Positions 41,909 through 49,878 of a stretch of DNA of 64,000 nt are shown one piece after another. How positions within the stretch are numbered: the first letter of the stretch is position 1; every line of letters starts with the position of its first letter. Under the pieces are notes generated by a model. It ran no database searches. It worked only from the letters and a program-made list of their open reading frames with translations, and had not been told where the DNA came from. The translations under genes and the position numbers were made by a program. The stretch spans positions 184,515 through 248,514 of the forward strand of contig JBBTZT010000003.1 of NCBI GenBank assembly GCA_038061225.1. The letters are read 5' to 3'. The stretch is from Patescibacteria group bacterium. GTDB lineage: Bacteria; Patescibacteriota; Microgenomatia; UBA8517.

Positions 41909-42450
41909 AATTCCGAACATATTCCTCAGAGGGGATAATTTTATCCAGAAAAAATTATAGTGAGGTAGATAGAATATTAGTTGTATTATCAAAACATTTT
42001 GGTAAAGTAAGTTTGCTTGCAAAAGGAATTAGAAAAATAAAATCTAAAAAAAGGGGTCATTTGGAGATTTTTTCTAAAATAAAATTCTCAGCTGCTAAGA
42101 GTCATGGAATGGATATCGTTACAGAGGTCGATACATTAAATGACTTTGCCAAGGTTCGTACTAATTTGAATAAAATTTCACTTGCTTATTATTTTTGTGA
42201 AGTTGTAAACAAAATAACTCATGAAGATGGACATGCATCTACAGTTTATGACCTGTTGTCAACAGTTTTAGAGCAACTAAAGCAAGAAACAGAACTCAAA
42301 AAACTAAGACTTAAATTTATATACGATTTACTTACAAATATGGGTTATTGGCCTGTTGCTAAAAAATTAGTTGAAGCGGATATTGTATTAGATGATGTAA
42401 TAGAAAAAAAAATTAACTCTATTAGGGTTGGGAAAAAAGTATTAGAATGA
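41905..42450 (+). CDS. recO: DNA repair protein RecO (short form).
   Basis: N-terminal OB-fold pattern GIILSRKNYSEVDRILVVLSKHFGKVSLLAKGIRK. Confidence 0.55.
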   Translation: MKFRTYSSEGIILSRKNYSEVDRILVVLSKHFGKVSLLAKGIRKIKSKKRGHLEIFSKIKFSAAKSHGMDIVTEVDTLNDFAKVRTNLNKISLAYYFCEVVNKITHEDGHASTVYDLLSTVLEQLKQETELKKLRLKFIYDLLTNMGYWPVAKKLVEADIVLDDVIEKKINSIRVGKKVLE

Positions 42451-42477
42451 GATACAGCACTAAAGTGCTATAAAAAA

Positions 42478-43737
42478 ATGGACACAATGGAAAAAATTGT
42501 AGCACTAGCAAAACGCCGTGGGTTTATATTCCAAAGCAGTGAAATTTATGGAGGATACAAAGGTTTTTGGGACTATGGCCCTGCTGGAGTAGAACTCAAG
42601 AAAAATATAAAAAATGAATGGTGGAAAACCATGGTTTATGAAAGAGAAGATGTCGTCGGAATTGATGCTTCAATTGTTATGAACCCTGTTGTTTGGGAGA
42701 AATCAGGTCATTTGGCAGCTTTTACAGATCCACTTGTGGAGTGTAAAGTTTGTCACAAAAGATTTAGGGAAGATCAAAAAGACACTCATGAACATAATGA
42801 TTGGACCGAAACTAAAACATTTAATTTAATGACTGAAATTTTACTTGGAACGACTGAACCAAAGGAACTATCTTATTTAAGAGGAGAAATTACACAGGGA
42901 GTCTTTGTAAATTTCAAAAATGTAGTTGATTCCACAAGAGTAAAAATTCCATTTGGAATAGCTCAAGTTGGAAAAGCATTTAGAAACGAAGTAACTCCTG
43001 GAAATTTTACATTTAGATCAAGAGAATTTGAACAAATGGAACTTGAATATTTTGTAAAACCAAATGAAAAGACGAGCAAGAAAGTATTTGAGGATTTTAA
43101 AGAGACAAGAATGAATTGGTATAAAAATTTAGGAATGAATATCAAGAAACTTCATTTTGCAGATCATACACCTGACAAAATAGCTCACTATGCGAAATAT
43201 GCAACAGATATAGAATATGAAGCTCCATTTGGATGGAATGAAATGGAAGGAATACACCACAGAGGTGACTATGATTTAAAAAGCCATGATTTAAAATACA
43301 AAGATAACATTACAAATGAAGAATATACACCTTGGGTAATTGAAACTTCAGGAGGAGTAGACAGGGCAACTTTATTTTTCTTGATTGATTCATATACAGA
43401 AACCCCAGAGGGTAGAGTTGTTCTAAAGCTAAACCCAAAATTAGCACCATACAAAATTGCAGTGTTTCCACTTCTTGGAAATAAACCAGAATTAACAGCT
43501 AAGGCTCGGGAAGTTTATCAAGATTTAAAGAAAAGTTTTGTTGTTACTTGGGACGATCGAGGAAACATTGGCAAAAGATATGCAGCACAGGATGAAATTG
43601 GTACACCATGGTGTGTAACAGTCGATTTTGACAGTTTAAAAGATAAATCAGTAACTGTTAGAGATCGTGACACAGGCAGGCAAGAAAGAATTGCCATTGA
43701 CAAATTACAAGAATATTTTGAGAAGAGATTAAAATAA
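42478..43737 (+). CDS. glyQS: Glycine--tRNA ligase (alpha2 dimeric type).
   Basis: IVALAKRRGFIFQSSEIYGGYKGFWDYGP is the class II GlyRS signature; 419 aa. Confidence 0.9.
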   Translation: MDTMEKIVALAKRRGFIFQSSEIYGGYKGFWDYGPAGVELKKNIKNEWWKTMVYEREDVVGIDASIVMNPVVWEKSGHLAAFTDPLVECKVCHKRFREDQKDTHEHNDWTETKTFNLMTEILLGTTEPKELSYLRGEITQGVFVNFKNVVDSTRVKIPFGIAQVGKAFRNEVTPGNFTFRSREFEQMELEYFVKPNEKTSKKVFEDFKETRMNWYKNLGMNIKKLHFADHTPDKIAHYAKYATDIEYEAPFGWNEMEGIHHRGDYDLKSHDLKYKDNITNEEYTPWVIETSGGVDRATLFFLIDSYTETPEGRVVLKLNPKLAPYKIAVFPLLGNKPELTAKAREVYQDLKKSFVVTWDDRGNIGKRYAAQDEIGTPWCVTVDFDSLKDKSVTVRDRDTGRQERIAIDKLQEYFEKRLK

Positions 43738-43752
43738 ATCATGAAATCAATA

Positions 43753-43779
43753 AATAGTAATTCACTCCCGATGTGGGAT
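43753..43779. repeat. REP-like 27-nt repeat (copy 1) abutting the stop of the RAYT-like gene.
   Basis: AATAGTAATTCACTCCCGATGTGGGAT. Its core TCCC-GATGT-GGGA can form a small hairpin. Confidence 0.55.
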
Positions 43780-44451
43780 TTAATCGAAAGTTAGATGCTT
43801 AATGTTTTCTAATTCTTTTTGATGGTCTGCATTGTCTAGAACAAAATTTTTGTATAAATCTTCAGATTTAAAATTACATAAGATATCATCTTTTTTACAA
43901 AACGGAAACTTTGATTGACTTATATATTCTGGAAGTGACGACCATGAATAATTTATTAATTTATTACTATCTTTAACAATTCCAGATGAGTAAGGGTTTA
44001 GGTGAATATATCTAGATACGTGGAGCAATTGCTCTTCGCTGTCAATTCTAACAGCCTTAAATTGTCCTTGAAATAGAGGACCAATTCTCTCATTCTTTAT
44101 ATTAAAATATCTAGCATAACTGTTTTGTAAATTTGCTAGTAATTTCGAAATACCATTATCGTCATTTTGTTTTAATAGCAAATGAAAATGATTTGGCATC
44201 AAGCAATATGAAAGAATATCTGTGTGTTTTTTGTCTTTATCAAGTCTGTTCCAAATTTCTTGTCTTTGATCGCTAGCAAGTGTCATAAATTTTGAAAATT
44301 TAATTGGATAGTTAACAAAGTTATAGTATTTTAACAAAAGCAGGAATCGTCGATACTCATACTTTGATTTAAAAAGTGGACGTTTATTTACTCCACGATT
44401 AAATACATGATAGTAATAATTTTCTACAAGTGGTGAATAACGAGCAGGCAT
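43780..44451 (-). CDS. REP-associated tyrosine transposase (RAYT) / IS200-like Y1 HUH transposase.
   Basis: HUH motif in YCLMPNHFHLLL, and the catalytic-Tyr region SRYIHLNPYSSGIV, which matches YI..NPV of the TnpA_REP family. Confidence 0.65.
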   Translation of the reverse strand: MPARYSPLVENYYYHVFNRGVNKRPLFKSKYEYRRFLLLLKYYNFVNYPIKFSKFMTLASDQRQEIWNRLDKDKKHTDILSYCLMPNHFHLLLKQNDDNGISKLLANLQNSYARYFNIKNERIGPLFQGQFKAVRIDSEEQLLHVSRYIHLNPYSSGIVKDSNKLINYSWSSLPEYISQSKFPFCKKDDILCNFKSEDLYKNFVLDNADHQKELENIKHLTFD

Positions 44452-44474
44452 AATTTATTATATACCGAGGTGGC

Positions 44475-44501
44475 AATAGTAATCCACTCCCGATGTGGGA
44501 T
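44475..44501. repeat. REP-like 27-nt repeat (copy 2), on the other side of the RAYT gene in the same orientation.
   Basis: AATAGTAATCCACTCCCGATGTGGGAT, 26/27 identical to copy 1. Confidence 0.55.
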
Positions 44502-44553
44502 GCTTATTGACAAGATTAATATTAAAATTCAAAATAGATTAGATAAATAATAT

Positions 44554-45237
44554 ATGAACGTAAAAAAATTTCTTCCGATTATACTTCTTGGAGTTGGTGT
44601 TCTAATTTTAATCTTGGTGTTTGTTTTTATTAAAAATAAAAAAAGTACAGTAATAGTTGATGAAAGTGATGTTACTATTGAAGTTGCCTTCCCTGATCGT
44701 CCATTTGCCTCTTTAACTCCAACATCTGATGGGCATTATATAAACCTAAAAATAGATAAAATAAAGCTTCCTAAGGCAGTCTCCCTTGATTATGAACTAC
44801 TTTATACACTTCCAGACGGTAGAACACAGGGCGTGCCTGGTACAGTTGATTTAAAAGGAGAAACCTCATTTGAAAGAAAACTTCTTTTAGGCTCAGAGTC
44901 GTCAGGGAAATTTAGATATGATGAAGGTGTAACTGATGGCAGTCTAACTGTAAGACTTCGTGATTCTAAAGGAAAACTTTTAGCTAAGTTTTCTACAAAG
45001 TGGCATTTGCAGTCAACTGACCTTGAATTAACTTCAATTGATCAAAATTTTAGCTATGTTTTAGATAAAAAACCAAAAGGAATGTATTTTATAACCATGG
45101 AAACATTTGGCTTGCCTAGCGAAGCTTCCGTCTCAGAAGCGAAGTTGGATCCATATGGTATCTTTGCCTCAGGCACACTTCCTTCAGGTACAGCCGAAGG
45201 CTGGCAAGTATACATGAATAACATCTTCTTTAAGTAA
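44554..45237 (+). CDS. Hypothetical membrane-anchored/secreted protein.
   Basis: N-terminal signal-anchor (LPIILLGVGVLILILVFVFI); no recognised domain. Confidence 0.3.
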   Translation: MNVKKFLPIILLGVGVLILILVFVFIKNKKSTVIVDESDVTIEVAFPDRPFASLTPTSDGHYINLKIDKIKLPKAVSLDYELLYTLPDGRTQGVPGTVDLKGETSFERKLLLGSESSGKFRYDEGVTDGSLTVRLRDSKGKLLAKFSTKWHLQSTDLELTSIDQNFSYVLDKKPKGMYFITMETFGLPSEASVSEAKLDPYGIFASGTLPSGTAEGWQVYMNNIFFK

Positions 45238-45273
45238 AATTATAACCTTTCATATTGGCTGTGAAATTAGTAC

Positions 45274-45329
45274 TTGACATGCCGTGAAAGAAAATGCAAA
45301 ATGGTTAGTAATGGTGAGAAATGGAATAA
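45274..45329 (+). promoter_or_regulatory. Putative mraZ promoter with an MraZ operator of three direct repeats at 10-bp period.
   Basis: TTGACA 45274-45279, then 17 nt, then CAAAAT. From 45300 the sequence aATGGttagt aATGGtgaga aATGGaataa repeats three times at exactly 10-nt spacing, about 45 nt upstream of the mraZ ATG. Confidence 0.45.
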
Positions 45330-45375
45330 TCACCAAACTAAATAATTATGAAACTGCCCATTTCATACATAAAAT

Positions 45376-45804
45376 ATGCTATTAGGAACATATTCAGCCA
45401 AACTTGCCGAGAATCACAGGACTTCTATTCCAGCGCCATTACGAAAAGATTTAGGTCAGGAATTGGTCGTAGCCAAATGGTATGAAGAATGTTTAGTTCT
45501 AGTATCTAAACAGGCTTTAAATGCACTTTTAGAAAGAATAGTTGGAAATAATAATCTTGTTACAAATCCTGTGAGGGGTTCAGAACATTTTATTTTTACT
45601 GGGGCATATGAAATCGAATCAGACGATCAGGGACGAATTGTAATTCCTGAAAGTTTAACTAAATACGGTCATTTAAATGATGATATTTATTTTTTAGGAG
45701 TTGGTGATCGTGTTGAAATATGGAATAAAAATATTTGGGATGAAAGGCTTGAAAAGATTATAAAAGATGCGCCTAGTTATATTGACCAACTAATTAATAA
45801 ATAA
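45376..45804 (+). CDS. mraZ: Transcriptional regulator MraZ.
   Basis: N-terminus LLGTYSAKLAENHRTSIPAPLRKDLG; 142 aa; position at the head of the dcw cluster. Confidence 0.85.
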   Translation: MLLGTYSAKLAENHRTSIPAPLRKDLGQELVVAKWYEECLVLVSKQALNALLERIVGNNNLVTNPVRGSEHFIFTGAYEIESDDQGRIVIPESLTKYGHLNDDIYFLGVGDRVEIWNKNIWDERLEKIIKDAPSYIDQLINK

Positions 45805-45805
45805 T

Positions 45806-46678
45806 ATGCATAAGCAAAGCTTGGCCAGCTCCGCTGGTAAATATCATGAGTCAGTAATGGTTAAAGAAGTTTTAGAGAGTTTGCACATAAGTAACAAGTT
45901 GCACTTTAATAAAGGTTCACGGATTATAGACTGTACATTAGGAACAGGTGGACACACAGAAGCAATAATTAAAGCTGGGGGAACAGTTTTAGGAATCGAA
46001 GCAGATCCTAAAATGCTTGATATTGCTAAGAAACGACTTAAAAGTAGTGCAAAATTAGTTCTTGGTAATTTTTCTGATATAGAGCAAATTACAAAAGATA
46101 ATAATTTTACAAAAATTGATGGAATACTTTTTGATTTGGGTGTTTCAAATTTGCATTTTAAAGACGATGAAAGAGGATTTTCATTTAGCGATGGTGAGCA
46201 AGATCTAGACATGAGGCTTAATCCTGAAATACAGGGTGTAAAAGCATCAGATTTATTAAATGTTCTAGATCAGACTCAATTAACACAACTTTTTGAAAAA
46301 GTCATAAGTCATAACGAATCAAAAAGAATTGCAGGTAGGATAATATCGGTTAGGCCTATTAATAAAGTTTCAGAATTAATAAAACTTTTGCAAGGTCTAC
46401 CCCACAAGACTAAATTAAATCCTGCAACTTTGCCAATGTTGGCCCTAAGAATTGCAGTTAATAGTGAACTGGATAATCTAAACGAAGTAATACCAGTGGC
46501 ATTTGATTTACTTAAAAAAGGTGGAAAGTTATTAATTATTACTTTTCACTCAGCTGAAGAAAAAATATTAGAAAAATATATTAATGCGAGAACAAAGATT
46601 AGAATACCAAGTTATGAAGAAATAAATAAAAATATTAGATCAAGGAGTGCAAAATTATATGTTTACACAAAAAATTAA
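45806..46678 (+). CDS. rsmH: 16S rRNA (cytosine1402-N4)-methyltransferase RsmH (MraW).
   Basis: HESVMVKEVL, DCTLGTGGHT, FDLGVSN; it follows mraZ. Confidence 0.85.
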   Translation: MHKQSLASSAGKYHESVMVKEVLESLHISNKLHFNKGSRIIDCTLGTGGHTEAIIKAGGTVLGIEADPKMLDIAKKRLKSSAKLVLGNFSDIEQITKDNNFTKIDGILFDLGVSNLHFKDDERGFSFSDGEQDLDMRLNPEIQGVKASDLLNVLDQTQLTQLFEKVISHNESKRIAGRIISVRPINKVSELIKLLQGLPHKTKLNPATLPMLALRIAVNSELDNLNEVIPVAFDLLKKGGKLLIITFHSAEEKILEKYINARTKIRIPSYEEINKNIRSRSAKLYVYTKN

Positions 46679-46934
46679 TTACATTTGGGCAATAAATTTG
46701 ATACTGTTTGTAACAGTAGTTTTTCTAGGTATTGAACAAGCAGGAAAAGGTGCTCTGATATCAAACTTAGAAAATAAAATAGAATTATTGATTACAGAAA
46801 AAAGAGATTTATCTGAGGGAATATTTGATTCAGGTTCAGATACAATAATTATCAAACAAAGTGAGGAGTTAGGCTTTGCAAAACCAGCTAATGTTTATTA
46901 TCTTAAAACAGAAGAAGTCTTTGCTCAAAGATGA
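46647..46934 (+). CDS. ftsL: Cell division protein FtsL-like (small bitopic membrane protein).
   Basis: Single TM (INLILFVTVVFLGI) plus a short coiled segment, in the conserved position between rsmH and ftsI. Confidence 0.45.
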   Translation: MQNYMFTQKINYIWAINLILFVTVVFLGIEQAGKGALISNLENKIELLITEKRDLSEGIFDSGSDTIIIKQSEELGFAKPANVYYLKTEEVFAQR

Positions 46935-48598
46935 GGCTGAAATTTACATCTCTTGTTTTTATACTTCTTTTTCTATCAATACTTTCAAAATTATTCTATT
47001 GGCAAATTGTTAAGGGAAGCGAATTAAAAAAAGAAGCAAGCTATCAATATAAAGGTACAAAAACAATCACTGCTTCAAGAGGAAACATATATGCCAATGA
47101 TGGCACATGGCTCGCTGTAATACGTACAAATTGGCTTCTTTTTGCAGAAACTACTTATCTTTCAAAAAGCTCAAAAGAAATAGCAAATCTATTAGCTCCA
47201 ATTTTTGTAGAAAAAGATGATTTATTGTTGGAAATAGAAAGAATTGAAAATTTACTTAATCGTGAGGGAGCTATCTGGGTGCCTATAAAACATCGTTTAA
47301 CAACCGATGAAAAAGAAAAAATTATCAAGATGGATATAGATGGTTTAGGTTTTGAAGCTGAAGAATCAAGATATTATCCCGAAGGGTCAGCTTCAGCTCA
47401 ACTTTTAGGATTTGTGGGTAAAAATGATAAAGGTGATGATACTGGTTACTTTGGGCTTGAAGGTTATTATAATATTGCTCTTTCTGGAAAAGATGGTTTT
47501 TTGCAAAGAGAGAAAGATTTAAGTGGTACACCACTTTTATCAAGTGGTATATCTGAAATACATTCAATTGCAGGAACTGATCTTTATACCTATATAGATA
47601 AAAGAATTCAGAATTCTGTTGAAGAAAGACTAAAAGAAGGTATGGAAAAATATGGTGCCAAAGAAGGATCTGTTGTTGTTATGGATCCTAAAACTGGAGC
47701 AATTCTTGCCATGAGTTCATTTCCGTCATATGATCCTTCTCGTTATAATGAATACGATCAATTATTATATAGAAATCCTATTATATCAGATACTTTTGAA
47801 CCTGGATCAGTTTTTAAGGTTGTTGTGATGGCGGCCGGACTCGATTCAGGAGTTATTAAACCCGAAACGATATGTGATGTCTGCGATAAACCATATCAAG
47901 TTGATAAATATTATATTGAAACTTGGGATAAAAAATATCATCCAGATTCAACCATGACTGATGTCTTAGTTAATTCTGATAATGTAGGAATGAGTTTTAT
48001 TGCTCAAAGGTTGGGAGGTGACACAATGTATGATTATTTAGACAAATTTGGAATAGGTAAATTAACAGAAATTGATCTTCAAGGAGAAAGTAATATTAAA
48101 CTACGTAAAAAAGGAACATGGAATATTGTTGATCTTGCTACAAGTTCTTTTGGTCAAGGTGTTTCGGTAACTCCAATACAATTTATAAGAGCTGTTTCAG
48201 CAATTGCTAATAATGGATATCTTGTGTCACCTAAAGTTGTAAATACAGGAGAAAAAAATAAGCATATACAAATTATCTCAAAAGAAGCAGCAAATCAAAC
48301 CACTGCAATGATGATAGAGGCTGCAAAAAAAGGTGAAGCAAAGTGGACTAATCTTAGTGGTTTTAGTGTTGCTGGTAAAACAGGAACTGCACAAATTCCC
48401 ATTAGCGGGCATTATGACGCAGAAAAAACAATTGCATCCTTCGTGGGTTTTGCGCCCGCCAATAACCCCAAGTTTATAATGCTAGTTACCTTAAAAGAGC
48501 CACAAAGTAGCCAGTGGGCATCAGAAACTGCAGCCCCACTTTGGTATTCTATTGCAAAGGACTTATTTAATCATTTTGGCATTCAGCCTGAAAATTAG
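46931..48598 (+). CDS. ftsI: Peptidoglycan D,D-transpeptidase FtsI (class B penicillin-binding protein).
   Basis: N-terminal TM, SVFK (SxxK), SDN and KTGTA motifs. Confidence 0.85.
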   Translation: MRLKFTSLVFILLFLSILSKLFYWQIVKGSELKKEASYQYKGTKTITASRGNIYANDGTWLAVIRTNWLLFAETTYLSKSSKEIANLLAPIFVEKDDLLLEIERIENLLNREGAIWVPIKHRLTTDEKEKIIKMDIDGLGFEAEESRYYPEGSASAQLLGFVGKNDKGDDTGYFGLEGYYNIALSGKDGFLQREKDLSGTPLLSSGISEIHSIAGTDLYTYIDKRIQNSVEERLKEGMEKYGAKEGSVVVMDPKTGAILAMSSFPSYDPSRYNEYDQLLYRNPIISDTFEPGSVFKVVVMAAGLDSGVIKPETICDVCDKPYQVDKYYIETWDKKYHPDSTMTDVLVNSDNVGMSFIAQRLGGDTMYDYLDKFGIGKLTEIDLQGESNIKLRKKGTWNIVDLATSSFGQGVSVTPIQFIRAVSAIANNGYLVSPKVVNTGEKNKHIQIISKEAANQTTAMMIEAAKKGEAKWTNLSGFSVAGKTGTAQIPISGHYDAEKTIASFVGFAPANNPKFIMLVTLKEPQSSQWASETAAPLWYSIAKDLFNHFGIQPEN

Positions 48599-48609
48599 GT
48601 ATAATATAA

Positions 48610-49878
48610 ATGGTTATGGCAAAACTATTAATAACTGGGGGTAAAAACTTGGAAGGAGAGATAAATATCTCGGGAAACAAAAATTCTGCTTTAAAACTTA
48701 TTCCTGCTGTACTTATGTCAAATAAAAAATCAATTTTAACAAACGTTCCGAATATTGCAGATGTTAGAGTTTTAATTGAAATAATAGAAAAATTAGGTGC
48801 AAAGATTAATTTTACAAATAATGTTTTAGAAATTGATCCTTCAACTCTAAATTCATATGAACCCGACTCTGATCTGTGTAGTAGAATTCGTGCTTCTGTT
48901 GTCCTTGCTGCTCCATTATTAGTTAGATTTGGAAAAGCAACATTAACCCCTCCTGGCGGAGATCAAATAGGAGATAGGTTGCTTGATACTCATTTCAGTT
49001 TGATGCAAAAATTAGGAGTTAACTTTACAAGAAAAGATGGGAAGTTTTATTTAACATGGGATAAAAATCCGCCAGCTGGCGGATCAATCAAAATATTTTT
49101 GGAAGAGGCATCGGTGACAGCAACAGAAATGGGTCTTATTATGGCCTCTTCAATGACAAATGAGGTAATTATTGAGGATGCAGCAGCAGAACCACACGTA
49201 GCTGATTTAATTAGTCTTCTTGTTAAAATGGGAGCTAAGATCAAAGGGTCAGGTACAAATACTCTTTTAATTTCTGGGGGTGAACTTAGTGGTGTTGAAC
49301 ATAAAGTAATGGCAGATCACATTGAAGGTGGCACTTTTGCAATTTTAAGTGCAATAACTAACGGGAATATAAAAATTAATAATTTTGAGCCAGAAAATTA
49401 TCATATGATATTGAACTATTTAAGTAATATGGGGGTTAAATATCAGATTGAAAAAGATAGTTTAATAGTTTTACCCTCAAATCTAAAAGCTAATAGACGT
49501 AAATTCCAGACAAGACCTTGGCCGGGATTTCCAACTGACCTGATGAGCCCATTTATTGTCCTTGCTACTCAAACTGAAGGTACAGTTCTCTGTCATGATT
49601 GGATGTATGAATGGAGAATGTTTTTTGTGGATGATTTAATTGGAATGGGAGCTAATATATTTATTGCTGATCCTCATAGAGTTATAGTTTCAGGACCAAC
49701 AAAATTAATGGCCGATAGACTTTTTTGCAAAGACATTAGAGCTGGAATCTCAGTAATTTTAGCTGCCTTGGTTGCAGAAGGAACAAGCACTATTGAAAAT
49801 GTAGAAGTTGTTGACAGAGGGTATGAAGATATAGAAAATCGATTAAAGTCTCTTGGAGCTTCTATAACAAAACAATGA
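48610..49878 (+). CDS. murA: UDP-N-acetylglucosamine 1-carboxyvinyltransferase MurA, with an Asp-for-Cys active-site variant.
   Basis: LLITGGKNLEGEINISGNKNSALKLIPAVLM. The active-site loop reads LTPPGGDQIGDRLLDTH, so the canonical Cys115 position carries Asp. Confidence 0.9.
   Translation: MVMAKLLITGGKNLEGEINISGNKNSALKLIPAVLMSNKKSILTNVPNIADVRVLIEIIEKLGAKINFTNNVLEIDPSTLNSYEPDSDLCSRIRASVVLAAPLLVRFGKATLTPPGGDQIGDRLLDTHFSLMQKLGVNFTRKDGKFYLTWDKNPPAGGSIKIFLEEASVTATEMGLIMASSMTNEVIIEDAAAEPHVADLISLLVKMGAKIKGSGTNTLLISGGELSGVEHKVMADHIEGGTFAILSAITNGNIKINNFEPENYHMILNYLSNMGVKYQIEKDSLIVLPSNLKANRRKFQTRPWPGFPTDLMSPFIVLATQTEGTVLCHDWMYEWRMFFVDDLIGMGANIFIADPHRVIVSGPTKLMADRLFCKDIRAGISVILAALVAEGTSTIENVEVVDRGYEDIENRLKSLGASITKQ

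Noticed and set aside
43753-44501. The 27-nt flanking repeats interpreted as terminal inverted repeats of an insertion sequence.
   Set aside because: They are in direct rather than inverted orientation, and the enclosed protein is an HUH Y1 enzyme of the RAYT type. A REP-like interpretation fits better.
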